Below the pieces are notes generated by a model that saw only the letters and a program-made list of their open reading frames with translations, was not told the origin of the DNA and ran no database searches. From Mycoplasma sp. CAG:877 (lineage in GTDB: Bacteria; Bacillota_I; Bacilli_A; RF39; UBA660), in contig HF992498.1 of NCBI GenBank assembly GCA_000433455.1, positions 49,922-113,921 of the forward strand: 64,000 bases of DNA, read 5' to 3'. Made by a program: the position numbers and the translations under genes. This document shows, one piece after another, positions 1 to 9,671 of the stretch (position 1 is the stretch's first letter; each line of letters starts with the position of its first letter).

Positions 1-102
1 CATTTCATAAAAGTCAACCTCCTATCATCTAATATAATGATACCATAAATTGAAAAAAAATAAATAATTTTACACCAAATTGTCTAAAAGAAAGGAAAAA
101 AT

Positions 103-1176
103 ATGAAAATATGTGTATATGCCATTTCTAAAAATGAAGAGAAGTTTGTTAAAAGATGGATAAACTCCATGAAAGAAGCTGATGAAATCTATGTTCTAGA
201 CACTGGTTCCACTGATAATACTGTAAAACTCTTAAAAGAAAATAATGTAAATGTAAAACAAAAAGTAATAACTCCTTGGCGCTTCGATGTAGCTAGAAAT
301 GAATCTTTAAAACTCCTACCAGAAGATACTGATATTTGTGTATGTACAGACTTAGATGAAATATTTGAAGAAGGTTGGCGTAAAAGACTAGAAGAATCCT
401 GGCAAGAAAATACTACTAGAGCAAGATATACATACAACTGGAAACTAGATAAAAATAATAAACCAATAGTTTCTTTCTACTCAGATAAAATTCATACTCT
501 AAAAAACTATACTTGGATTAATCCAGTCCATGAAGTATTAAACTCTTCTATAAAAGAAAATTTTATAACTATAGACACCCTAACTCTAAATCACTACCCT
601 GATCCTACTAAAAGCCGTAGTTCCTATCTACCACTCCTAGAACTATCTATAAAAGAAGATCCAGAAAATGATCGTAATATGCACTATTTAGGCCGAGAAT
701 ATATGTATTATGGTTACTGGAAAAAAAGTATTAAAACTCTAAAAAAACACTTAGAATTAAAGAAAGCTACTTGGAAAGATGAAAGATCAGCTTCTATGCG
801 TTATATTAGTAGATGTTATAAAAACATAGGTAAATATGAAGAAGCCAAATTCTGGCTAAAAAAAGCCATAAAAGAAACTCCATACTTAAGAGAACCATAT
901 GTCGAAAGAGCTCTTCTTGCCTACTCTGAAGAAAATTATTTAGACGTTGAAACATACTGTTTAGAAGCCCTAAAAATAAAACATCATGAGAAAACATACA
1001 TTAATGAACCATTCTGTTGGGATGAAACTATTTATGACTTATTATCAATAAGCAACTTCTACCAAAGAAAATATAACTACGCTATCTACTTTATAAATCT
1101 AGCTTTAGAAATATCACCTCATAATGAACGACTTCTAAAAAACAAAGAACTATTCACAACCAAAGAAAAAAATTAA
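103..1176 (+). CDS. Glycosyltransferase family 2-like domain fused to TPR-like repeats
   Basis: 357-aa ORF. The N-terminus (MKICVYAISKNEEKFVKRW..YVLDTGSTDNT..CTDLDE) has the GT2 fold pattern. The C-terminal half has TPR-like helical repeats (YLGREYMYYGYWKKSIKTLKKHL; CYKNIGKYEEAKFWLKKAI). Confidence 0.65.
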   Translation: MKICVYAISKNEEKFVKRWINSMKEADEIYVLDTGSTDNTVKLLKENNVNVKQKVITPWRFDVARNESLKLLPEDTDICVCTDLDEIFEEGWRKRLEESWQENTTRARYTYNWKLDKNNKPIVSFYSDKIHTLKNYTWINPVHEVLNSSIKENFITIDTLTLNHYPDPTKSRSSYLPLLELSIKEDPENDRNMHYLGREYMYYGYWKKSIKTLKKHLELKKATWKDERSASMRYISRCYKNIGKYEEAKFWLKKAIKETPYLREPYVERALLAYSEENYLDVETYCLEALKIKHHEKTYINEPFCWDETIYDLLSISNFYQRKYNYAIYFINLALEISPHNERLLKNKELFTTKEKN

Positions 1177-2048
1177 TCTTTAACATAAAGATTAATTTTT
1201 CCTTCTCTATAAGCTAAATAAATCTTATTCCAAATAACACTTTCTATATATCTAGCCTTCTTAGGATGCATTAAAAATCTAAGTACAAGTTCCACATGAT
1301 CATCTACTATCTTAGTATAAATAATTGGATCAAACTTATTAAAATAAATTCTATTAGTAGTATTAACATCAGCTATTTGATTCTTCATCTTTCTTGGAAT
1401 ATTTTTAACTGTCTCCAAACTATTAACTATTTTATATATCTCTTTTTTATTATTAGCTAAGTCACAATCTAACTTAACTTTTATAGTCATTTCTTCCCAA
1501 ATATATTTAAATCCCTTATTAATATTTTTTACAGGTCCCAATATAATAGTTGAATTAGGATAATGTATAACAACACCGGTAGACTGTCCATTATCTTCTT
1601 TAGTAGAAACTTCTAGTATTTCAAAACTAAATGCTGAAATACTCATAACATCTCCCTTTATATCTCCAATCTGTATACGTTCTTCTACTTTAAAAGGTTT
1701 CTTAAACTTAATATAAATTCCACAGAAAAAATTAAGTATAAAGTCTCTTAAAGCAATAGTCATAGCTGCTGATATAACACTAATAAGAGTCATTAATCCC
1801 TTTATATAATCATCCCAAATAATAACTAGAATTAAAACTTCTAATACATTTAAAGTAACTTGATAAGCCTGATTAGAAACAAATTCTCTTCTACCAGTTG
1901 TAAGTTTCTGTATTACCTTTCTTCCTATTTTTTTTAATAAATAAAATATTACTAATACCGAAATAGTAGAAACAATAACATATATATATTCTTTATCTAT
2001 AGTAGTAACATTTGAAATAACTTCACATACATATTTATAAAAATTCAA
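1173..2048 (-). CDS. Mechanosensitive ion channel (MscS family)
   Basis: TM helices are followed by an MscS beta-domain signature (FKVEERIQIGDIKGDVMSISAFSFEILEV). The start is set at TTG 2048, preceded by GGAGGGG; the track ORF extends to GTG 2108. Confidence 0.7.
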   Translation of the reverse strand: MNFYKYVCEVISNVTTIDKEYIYVIVSTISVLVIFYLLKKIGRKVIQKLTTGRREFVSNQAYQVTLNVLEVLILVIIWDDYIKGLMTLISVISAAMTIALRDFILNFFCGIYIKFKKPFKVEERIQIGDIKGDVMSISAFSFEILEVSTKEDNGQSTGVVIHYPNSTIILGPVKNINKGFKYIWEEMTIKVKLDCDLANNKKEIYKIVNSLETVKNIPRKMKNQIADVNTTNRIYFNKFDPIIYTKIVDDHVELVLRFLMHPKKARYIESVIWNKIYLAYREGKINLYVKD

Positions 2049-2155
2049 AGTATCCCCTCCAAACAGAATATAGATTATACCACAAAATCTAATTATTTTT
2101 AAGGACACAATTAATCATATGAGAAACTTTACAGAAACTTTACAAAAAAAATGTC

Positions 2156-2938
2156 CTAAGACATCTTTTTCTTATAAATATTACTACTAACAATCATTAT
2201 AATTCCAATAACTAAAGCAACAATTCCATAAATCAAACCATAACTATAGTTAACTGTAATTGCTAAATCAGCAACAGATATAATTATAAAATTTAATATA
2301 GCTACAACAATTATAGATAAAATAGCAGTAATAACTAAATCAATACCAACTATTTTAATTAAACTTAATAAAGAGTTTTTTAATATTCCAATAATAACTA
2401 TTAAAACAACAATAGAAATAACTAGTATAATTCTTAAACTATCAGATATTAAATTATTATATATTCTAAACGTTGTTACTACACTCTTATTACTTTCATT
2501 ACCCTCTTGTACTTTTTCCTTAAAATAATCATTAGCTTTTTTTAAGTTTTCACTCTTCTTAAATTCTTCTAATTGTTCATCACTTACTCCTAATTTTTCT
2601 TTTAACAAATCTTTATTATTATCAATAAAAGTAATTACATCTTTATCTATATTAATATCACTATCAATATTATTACCAGCCATACCAGAAATAAGTAAAT
2701 CAATATATTTTTGAATTAGGGCATCAGCTTCAGTATTATTAACTAACTCATTAAAACTTTCATCATTAATATTAGAATCAACATCAGAAATTATCTCTTC
2801 CCTTACATTTTCAACAGTAACATTCTTCATTTGTTTAACAACTGCATCACGTACTGAAAAAGATAATATAAACACTACCATCAAACAAACTAGAACAACT
2901 TCTAATAAAACAATAAATATTTTCCTTAATGTTTTCAT
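2156..2938 (-). CDS. Hypothetical membrane protein (N-terminal TM, acidic coiled middle, multi-TM C-terminus)
   Basis: 260-aa ORF with clear hydrophobic segments at both ends. No recognisable catalytic motif. Confidence 0.45.
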   Translation of the reverse strand: MKTLRKIFIVLLEVVLVCLMVVFILSFSVRDAVVKQMKNVTVENVREEIISDVDSNINDESFNELVNNTEADALIQKYIDLLISGMAGNNIDSDINIDKDVITFIDNNKDLLKEKLGVSDEQLEEFKKSENLKKANDYFKEKVQEGNESNKSVVTTFRIYNNLISDSLRIILVISIVVLIVIIGILKNSLLSLIKIVGIDLVITAILSIIVVAILNFIIISVADLAITVNYSYGLIYGIVALVIGIIMIVSSNIYKKKMS

Positions 2939-2947
2939 AATCTTCTC

Positions 2948-4330
2948 CTACATTGACTTATTTAAAACTGTAACTCTAATCAAAACTGTACCAAAGACAA
3001 CTATTGATACTAAAACAAGTATAACACTAATAGTAGAAGCTGTATCTGGATTTATTGCAGGCTCAGTCTCTCTTTTTTCATAAATAACTTCAATACTAAC
3101 ATCATCATCTGGCATTACAAAAGTATTATTATTACTTACTTCTATTTCCTTACCAGAACTATCTCTAACAATAACTCTCTTTACAATATATCCTTCTTTT
3201 TCTTTAGGTATCAAAGTAACAGTCTTACCAGGATAAGCTCCATCCATAACTTCTACATCAGTGTTTTTACTCTCAATTACTCTCTTAGGATAAGTAAAAC
3301 TAGTTAAAAGTAATTTAGACCCATTACTACCAATCATAACATATCCATTGAAATCACCATTAGAATCTCTACTTTCAATAATCCTATTAACTGTATAAGA
3401 TAAATCAAAACTAGATACCTCATTAAAGTCATTATCAACCTTAACAACACCTTCATTACTAGCAATAATTAACCCATCAACACTTCCATCATAGTTCTTA
3501 CTATTAACAATAGAATAAGGAATAAATGTATTATTTATCTCTTTAGTAAGTAAAACTTTATTATCAGAACTCATTCTACTAATTTTTACAATCGGATTAT
3601 TATAAGTTTTATAAGCAACGACAACCTCATTAGAAGCATTGACAAATAGATAATAAGGAGCTCCACTACTAACTATACTAATTGGAATCATTGATGTATT
3701 TGTATTAAGATTAAATAATGCTACTTCATACATTCCATGTATTGGTCCATTAGTAGAAACTCTAATCCATTCATTATTACTATTTTTTAAAGAGTTTGAA
3801 CTCATCTTCTTCGTCCAAAGAAGATTACCACTCAAATCATATTTCATCTCATAAGTACCAGGCTCATATAATTCAAAAGATTCAGTTGTAAAATAAATTA
3901 TAACGCCATCTAACTTACCATTATCATCATAACTATTAAAAACTTTATTTAAATACTCTCCTAATTTTCCTCCAAAAGTTTTCTCCCATAAAACATCACC
4001 AGTATTAGAATTAATACGCTTAATAAGTAAATCATTATTAACAACAGAAACATCAAAATCAGTAACCTTATCACCATTTTTATTCCAAATCATCTTACTA
4101 TCAAGACCAACTTTAATATAAGTAGTAAAGGAACCATCCCTAGAATAACTAGTGTTATATATTAAATAACCACAAACATTACCATTATCATCATAGTCAT
4201 AAATCATATTAAAACTACTATCAGTTGATTCAAGAGATACTTGGGTTCCTTTTTCTAAATCAATTGCTCCTACACCAAATGGTAAAACTAAAAATATTGA
4301 AGCAAGTAAAATTAAAATATTTCTTTTCAT
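2948..4330 (-). CDS. Surface-anchored secreted protein, paralog A (signal peptide, repeated D-x-NG-x-DGY beta-rich blocks, C-terminal TM anchor)
   Basis: Has a signal peptide (MKRNILILLASIFLVLPFGVGA) and a C-terminal anchor (ASTISVILVLVSIVVFGTVLI). It is paralogous to the next gene. Confidence 0.6.
   Translation of the reverse strand: MKRNILILLASIFLVLPFGVGAIDLEKGTQVSLESTDSSFNMIYDYDDNGNVCGYLIYNTSYSRDGSFTTYIKVGLDSKMIWNKNGDKVTDFDVSVVNNDLLIKRINSNTGDVLWEKTFGGKLGEYLNKVFNSYDDNGKLDGVIIYFTTESFELYEPGTYEMKYDLSGNLLWTKKMSSNSLKNSNNEWIRVSTNGPIHGMYEVALFNLNTNTSMIPISIVSSGAPYYLFVNASNEVVVAYKTYNNPIVKISRMSSDNKVLLTKEINNTFIPYSIVNSKNYDGSVDGLIIASNEGVVKVDNDFNEVSSFDLSYTVNRIIESRDSNGDFNGYVMIGSNGSKLLLTSFTYPKRVIESKNTDVEVMDGAYPGKTVTLIPKEKEGYIVKRVIVRDSSGKEIEVSNNNTFVMPDDDVSIEVIYEKRETEPAINPDTASTISVILVLVSIVVFGTVLIRVTVLNKSM
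3023..3186. repeat. 164-bp block identical to 4412..4575 (3' coding ends of the two tandem paralogs)
   Basis: Read by eye: the two genes share an uninterrupted identical run from aacactaatagtagaagctg to aactctctttacaa. The rest of the two genes is strongly diverged. Confidence 0.85.
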
Positions 4331-4339
4331 ACTATCAAC

Positions 4340-5743
4340 CTATCTTTCTAAATAATTACGACTTTTAACAGCAACACTTCCAACTACAATACTTGCTACT
4401 AATATTAAAACAACACTAATAGTAGAAGCTGTATCTGGATTTATTGCAGGCTCAGTCTCTCTTTTTTCATAAATAACTTCAATACTAACATCATCATCTG
4501 GCATTACAAAAGTATTATTATTACTTACTTCTATTTCCTTACCAGAACTATCTCTAACAATAACTCTCTTTACAAAATATCCGGCTTTTTCTTTAGGTTT
4601 TAAAGTAACTACTTTTCCAGGGTAAGTGTAGTCTAAAACTTCAACATCATCATTTTTGCTTTCAATAACTTTTTTAGGATAAGTAAATTTAGTAATATAA
4701 CCCTTTTTATTAACTCTATCATATCCCACAACTATATACCCATTAAAATTACCAATTTCATCATAACTTTCAATAACTGCTTCAGGATTATAAGAAAGAG
4801 TTTTTTTCCACAACAAATTTCCGTCATAATCAAAATTAAGAAGACAATTACCATAGTCTCCACTATTTCCAACAATAAATCCATCATATTCTCCGTTAAT
4901 TGTAATACTATCAATTGGAATAGTAAATAAGTTTTGATTACTAATATTAAGAGACTTAGTAGAAAGTTTTTGCCCAGTTAAAGTATATTTGCCAAAATGA
5001 AGAATATCATTAGAATGATCATTAAATATAATAATTAATTTATCAGAACTCAATTTATCAATAAGAAAAGTTGGACCCCAATATCCACCAGCATCAATCA
5101 TATTCACATTAGTATTTTGAGAAACATTCTTTATAACACAATAAAATGCCCCAAAAGACATATCACTAGAATAACTAAGTAAATCACCATTTTCATCTGT
5201 AGCATAAATAGAATGTGAAAAATAATCATAAAATGGTTTAATCCAAACCAGTTTTCCATTCAAATCATATTTCATGATATAACAACCGGGCTGAATTTCA
5301 AGATCAGTAGATGCCAACTTAAAATAAATAAAATATCCATCTATTTTTCCATCATTACCATAGCTATTAAACGTATCATACAATACATCGTAACCATTCC
5401 CACCATATTCACTTTGCCAAAGAATATCACCAGTATTTTCATCTATTCTTTTTATTATTAAATTACCATTACTAGTAACTTCTAAATCACTAGGACTAAT
5501 ATTCTTTTTACTTAAAACAACTTTGTTATTTAAATCATACTTCATAAGAAAGTCACTATTATAAATAATATATCCATCTACATTTTCATTATTATCATAA
5601 CTATTCATTAAATAAATATTAGTCGTTGAATTAACCAAACCAAAAATCGTCTCAAAACTCTTCTCAAGGTCAACTGCTCTTACACTAAATGGTAAAATTA
5701 AAAATACTGAAGCTATCAAAACTAAAATAAACTTCTTCATCAT
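4340..5743 (-). CDS. Surface-anchored secreted protein, paralog B
   Basis: Has a signal peptide (MMKKFILVLIASVFLILPFSVRA) and the same architecture as paralog A. The C-terminal segment VIVRDSSGKEIEVSNNNTFVMPDDDVSIEVIYEKRETEPAINPDTASTISV is identical to paralog A. Confidence 0.6.
   Translation of the reverse strand: MMKKFILVLIASVFLILPFSVRAVDLEKSFETIFGLVNSTTNIYLMNSYDNNENVDGYIIYNSDFLMKYDLNNKVVLSKKNISPSDLEVTSNGNLIIKRIDENTGDILWQSEYGGNGYDVLYDTFNSYGNDGKIDGYFIYFKLASTDLEIQPGCYIMKYDLNGKLVWIKPFYDYFSHSIYATDENGDLLSYSSDMSFGAFYCVIKNVSQNTNVNMIDAGGYWGPTFLIDKLSSDKLIIIFNDHSNDILHFGKYTLTGQKLSTKSLNISNQNLFTIPIDSITINGEYDGFIVGNSGDYGNCLLNFDYDGNLLWKKTLSYNPEAVIESYDEIGNFNGYIVVGYDRVNKKGYITKFTYPKKVIESKNDDVEVLDYTYPGKVVTLKPKEKAGYFVKRVIVRDSSGKEIEVSNNNTFVMPDDDVSIEVIYEKRETEPAINPDTASTISVVLILVASIVVGSVAVKSRNYLER
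4412..4575. repeat. 164-bp block identical to 3023..3186
   Basis: See 3023..3186. Confidence 0.85.
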
Positions 5744-5784
5744 ATCACACTCACTATTCTAAAAAGAATTATATCAAAAAAATC

Positions 5785-5819
5785 ATAATAAAAAAAGAGG
5801 ATAAATATTACTTATCCTC
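5785..5819 (-). terminator. Rho-independent terminator after clpB
   Basis: On the minus strand, GAGGATAA-gtaatat-TTATCCTC is followed by TTTTTTTATTAT. The clpB stop codon lies in the loop. Confidence 0.6.
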
Positions 5820-7919
5820 AGTTTGAAGAACATATTGATCATTCTTATAATCAACAAAAACTGTATCTTTTGGTTTAACTTTACCTTCAATTATCATTCT
5901 AGCAAGTAAAGTCTCAATAGTACGACTTACTAATCTCTTTAATGGTCTAGCACCATAATTAACATCATAACCATCCTCTATTAATTGATGTCTTGCCTTA
6001 TCACTTATAGCAATCTTAATATGAACATCACTTAAACGTCCTTCTATCTCTGTTAAAATCTTATCAAGTATCGAATTAATTGCTTCTTTTGATAGTGGAT
6101 CAAATACAATAATTTCATCAATTCTGTTAATAAACTCTGGTCTAAAGTAATTTCTAACATCATCCATTACTTTAGAAGCATCTCCATTTAGAATATGTTC
6201 ACTTCCTAGATTAGAAGTCATAATGATAATTGTATTCTTAAAGTCAACTGTACGACCATTAGAATCAGTAATTCTACCATCATCTAACACTTGTAAAAGT
6301 AAGTTTAAAACCTCTGGATGAGCTTTTTCTATCTCATCAAACAAAACTATACTATAAGGATTACGTCTAACAGCTTCAGTTAATTGTCCCCCTTCTTCAT
6401 ATCCAACATATCCTGGAGGAGAACCAATTAATCTAGACACACTAAACTTCTCCATATATTCACTCATATCAATTCTAATCATATGAGTCTCATCATCAAA
6501 TAACTCATAAGCAAGCGTTCTAGCAATCTCAGTCTTACCAACACCAGTAGGTCCTAAAAACATAAATGAAGCAATTGGTCTATTAGGGTCTTTTATACCA
6601 GCACGAGACTTCAAGATAGCATCACTTACTAGTTTTATAGCCTTATCTTGTCCCATAACACGTTTCTTCATGTTATCTTCCAAGGCTAGTAATTTTTCTT
6701 TTTCACTACTTACTAACTTCGAAATAGGAATATTAGTCCATCTAGAAATAACTTCAGCAATATCATCACTCGTAACAGTATCACTAAGTATTTTATTCTT
6801 CTCAGTATTATTTAACTCTTCCAACTCTTTTTCAAGTCTTGGAATCTCACCATGTCTAAGTATTGCCGCTCTTTCCAAATCATATTTGTTTTCAGCTTTT
6901 TCTAGTTCAAACTTAGCCTCTTCAATTTCAGCTTTTTTCTTCTTAATATCTACATTTAAGTTCTTCTCTTTATTCCAAGCCTCAGTTAATTCCTTTTCCT
7001 TAGCTTGTAACTTTTCTACTTCTGCATCAATCTCTTCTCTACGTTTCTTAGAAATCTCATCTTTTTCTTTCTTAATGGCTTCTCTCTCTATTTGTAATCT
7101 CATAATTTTATGAGTTAAATTATCCAAATTTTCTGGAACAGAATCCATCTGTACTCTAATCGTAGCACAAGCCTCATCTACCAAATCAATTGCTTTATCT
7201 GGTAAATAGCGATCTGTAATATAACGATTAGATAAAGTAGCAGCTGATATTAAAGCCTTATCTTGAATAGTAACACCATGATGTATTTCAAATCTTTCTT
7301 TTAATCCACGTAATATGGTAATAGTATCTTCTACAGTTGGTTCAGATACTTTAATCTTTTGAAAACGTCTTTCTAGTGCTCCATCTTTTTCAATATATTG
7401 ACGATACTCATTCAAAGTTGTCGCCCCAATTACATGTATTTCACCACGAGCAAGCATTGGTTTTAATATATTAGAAGTGTCCATTGCTCCCTCAGTTCTA
7501 CCAGTACCAACAATCATATGTATCTCATCGATAAACATGATTATATCGCCTTCACTCTTCTTAACTTCGTTTAAAACTTTCTTTAAACGTTCCTCGAATT
7601 CACCACGATATTTAGCCCCAGCTACTAAAGCAGCCATATCCAACTCCCAAATAGTTTTATTCTTTAAACTAGCAGGAACATCTCCCTTTATAATTCTTAA
7701 AGCAAGACCTTCTACTATTGCTGTTTTACCAACACCAGGTTCACCTATTAAAACTGGGTTATTTTTTGTTTTTCTTGATAATACACGAGTGATACTACGT
7801 ATTTCTTCATCACGACCAATAACTGGATCAATCTTGCCACGTTTAGCAGCTTCAGTTATATCACGACCATATTTTTCTAATACATTTTCATCTTGTTCTT
7901 CTTGATAATTATTATACAT
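5808..7919 (-). CDS. clpB: ClpB-type AAA+ disaggregase lacking the N-terminal domain
   Basis: Two Walker A motifs ([16 protein letters not shown]) and a long coiled-coil middle domain between NBD1 and NBD2. It starts at ..[27 protein letters not shown], which in canonical ClpB lies about 150 residues in. Confidence 0.85.
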   Translation of the reverse strand: MYNNYQEEQDENVLEKYGRDITEAAKRGKIDPVIGRDEEIRSITRVLSRKTKNNPVLIGEPGVGKTAIVEGLALRIIKGDVPASLKNKTIWELDMAALVAGAKYRGEFEERLKKVLNEVKKSEGDIIMFIDEIHMIVGTGRTEGAMDTSNILKPMLARGEIHVIGATTLNEYRQYIEKDGALERRFQKIKVSEPTVEDTITILRGLKERFEIHHGVTIQDKALISAATLSNRYITDRYLPDKAIDLVDEACATIRVQMDSVPENLDNLTHKIMRLQIEREAIKKEKDEISKKRREEIDAEVEKLQAKEKELTEAWNKEKNLNVDIKKKKAEIEEAKFELEKAENKYDLERAAILRHGEIPRLEKELEELNNTEKNKILSDTVTSDDIAEVISRWTNIPISKLVSSEKEKLLALEDNMKKRVMGQDKAIKLVSDAILKSRAGIKDPNRPIASFMFLGPTGVGKTEIARTLAYELFDDETHMIRIDMSEYMEKFSVSRLIGSPPGYVGYEEGGQLTEAVRRNPYSIVLFDEIEKAHPEVLNLLLQVLDDGRITDSNGRTVDFKNTIIIMTSNLGSEHILNGDASKVMDDVRNYFRPEFINRIDEIIVFDPLSKEAINSILDKILTEIEGRLSDVHIKIAISDKARHQLIEDGYDVNYGARPLKRLVSRTIETLLARMIIEGKVKPKDTVFVDYKNDQYVLQTEDK

Positions 7920-7943
7920 ACTCTATCACCTCTTCCAGTATAT

Positions 7944-7985
7944 ATTATACGCCACGTTTTAGCACTTGTCAATATAGAGTGCCAA
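7944..7985 (-). promoter_or_regulatory. SigmaA-type promoter overlapped by a CIRCE-like inverted repeat (HrcA operator)
   Basis: On the minus strand: TTGACA (7967-7972), a 17-nt spacer, then TATAAT (7944-7949). TTAGCACTT-N9-GAGTGCCAA at 7959-7985 matches the CIRCE consensus TTAGCACTC-N9-GAGTGCTAA with 2 mismatches. Confidence 0.6.
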
Positions 7986-8023
7986 TAATTTATAAAAAGA
8001 AAATGTAGTATAACTACATTAAC

Positions 8024-9652
8024 TTATTTAGAACCATTACTTGAACCAAATCCATCTATAGAACCAGTTTTAACTAAAGATTTATAACTCTCACTAACAT
8101 CACTTTTACTTGAACTTGACTTAATTTCTTCTAAAACTCTACTTTGCCAATTACCACGATGTATAACTCTTTTACATTGTTTACTATCAATTAATTCTCT
8201 CTTAGTTAATTGAGATAATCTATGAAAATCACTAAAATCCATAATATAAATAGCATCTCCCATAGATACACGCCCTGTATTAACATTATCAAAATATTTT
8301 TCTAAAACTACACATCCATTAGAATGAACATACGCTATATACCCCTCAAAAGTTCCTAAACCCTGAAGTGTACAAAAAGGATCTTGTGACTCATGAAATG
8401 ACTTCTTTTCTAAATAGATATTCATTAAATGTTCTCGGTACTTTTCCTTTTCCTCTTCACTCATTCCTATAGTTCTCTTAGAAACATTTACTGTAAAAGC
8501 CTCATCTAACCCTCTACTGTCAGGAATAAGTTCCCAATTAGCCGATAAATCATTCAAATAACTACTCATAAACTCTTCTACTTCACTAGGTGTCATAGTA
8601 GAAAAATCAACTGACTTAAGTGTTACAGTTTTTAACTCTGGATTACTAATTAATAACTTCTTATATCTATCCAATAATATTTTCTGTGTAACAATATATC
8701 CTTCTTGATCAGGAATACTATCAAAAATAGACTTATATTTTCCAACAGATACCTCTAAATCACTATTAATATCATCACCTAACTCATAAAAATAATTAGA
8801 AACATAATATAAATATTTTTGTTTAAGACTTCCATCAACCATCTCTGCACATTCTAAATATTTATGAGCAACATAAAGTTCAAACTTACTAAACTCCTCT
8901 TTCGATAAAGCTGTTAACTCTATTGGATTTTGATGTAAAAAATTCATAACTTCCGAAAAATTATCAACAATATACATAAATAAATCAGCACATGCATTAG
9001 CATACTTCTTAGGATTCAACTCCTCATCTGCCATACTAAAAATATCATCAAGACTCATAGTTGAACCAGAACTTTTCTTAACTGTTTCCTCCAATTTTAC
9101 TCTATTATTATTGGTAAGTACTATCATCCCAATTAAACTCTTCATTCTCTGAGCAATCTTTTTAAACTCAAAAGCCCTTACATAACTTTGATACAATACT
9201 GGAAACTCTCTAGCTAATTTTTTATCTGTATATACTTTTCTTAATAAAGCAATTTTCTCTCTGAAATCAGAACTTTCAGTAAAAAAATCTCCTACTTCTC
9301 CAGATGATAAACTCATATTAAGACTATAAAAGATAGTTGAACAAATAGCTTCTTTCGAAAAACATAATTGTTTATTAACACTATCACCATCTTGTATAAT
9401 ATTTAGTGTTTGAAATATTTCTACATCTGGATAATATTCTACTTTACTCCTTAAAAACTCTATTAAATTTGCTAAACCTTTATCTAAAGAATCTTTTAAT
9501 TCTTCGCTTTTACTACATAAATTTAAAATATCACTAGCTAATAAAGAAACCGGTGCATCAACTGGTATACCTTTATTAATAATCTTCTCTACACTCTCCA
9601 CTGTTTTTCTCCCATCTCTAAATAGTCCGTTAATTATACCATAATCAAGCAA
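8024..9652 (-). CDS. Hypothetical protein, tandem paralog 1 (unknown family)
   Basis: 542-aa ORF with a TTG start at 9652. An alternative GTG at 9601 behind GGGAG would align its N-terminus (..INKGIPVDAPV) with paralog 2. The two share LKSVDFSTM(T/S)P.EV.EFM..YL..LSANWE.IP and a C-terminal ..RVIHRGNWQ motif. Confidence 0.5.
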   Translation of the reverse strand: MLDYGIINGLFRDGRKTVESVEKIINKGIPVDAPVSLLASDILNLCSKSEELKDSLDKGLANLIEFLRSKVEYYPDVEIFQTLNIIQDGDSVNKQLCFSKEAICSTIFYSLNMSLSSGEVGDFFTESSDFREKIALLRKVYTDKKLAREFPVLYQSYVRAFEFKKIAQRMKSLIGMIVLTNNNRVKLEETVKKSSGSTMSLDDIFSMADEELNPKKYANACADLFMYIVDNFSEVMNFLHQNPIELTALSKEEFSKFELYVAHKYLECAEMVDGSLKQKYLYYVSNYFYELGDDINSDLEVSVGKYKSIFDSIPDQEGYIVTQKILLDRYKKLLISNPELKTVTLKSVDFSTMTPSEVEEFMSSYLNDLSANWELIPDSRGLDEAFTVNVSKRTIGMSEEEKEKYREHLMNIYLEKKSFHESQDPFCTLQGLGTFEGYIAYVHSNGCVVLEKYFDNVNTGRVSMGDAIYIMDFSDFHRLSQLTKRELIDSKQCKRVIHRGNWQSRVLEEIKSSSSKSDVSESYKSLVKTGSIDGFGSSNGSK

Positions 9653-9671
9653 AAAAGTAAATGATCAATAA

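Noticed and set aside
1-8. catttcat at the left edge preceded by an AGGAGG-complement (minus-strand ATG at 8..6 behind an RBS)
   Set aside because: It is probably the start of a minus-strand gene running off the window. Only 8 nt are visible, so nothing can be annotated.
6670-7905. Plus-strand ORFs of 147 and 142 aa inside clpB
   Set aside because: They are antisense shadows of a confidently identified gene. The translations are S/L/F-rich and low-complexity, and there is no RBS.
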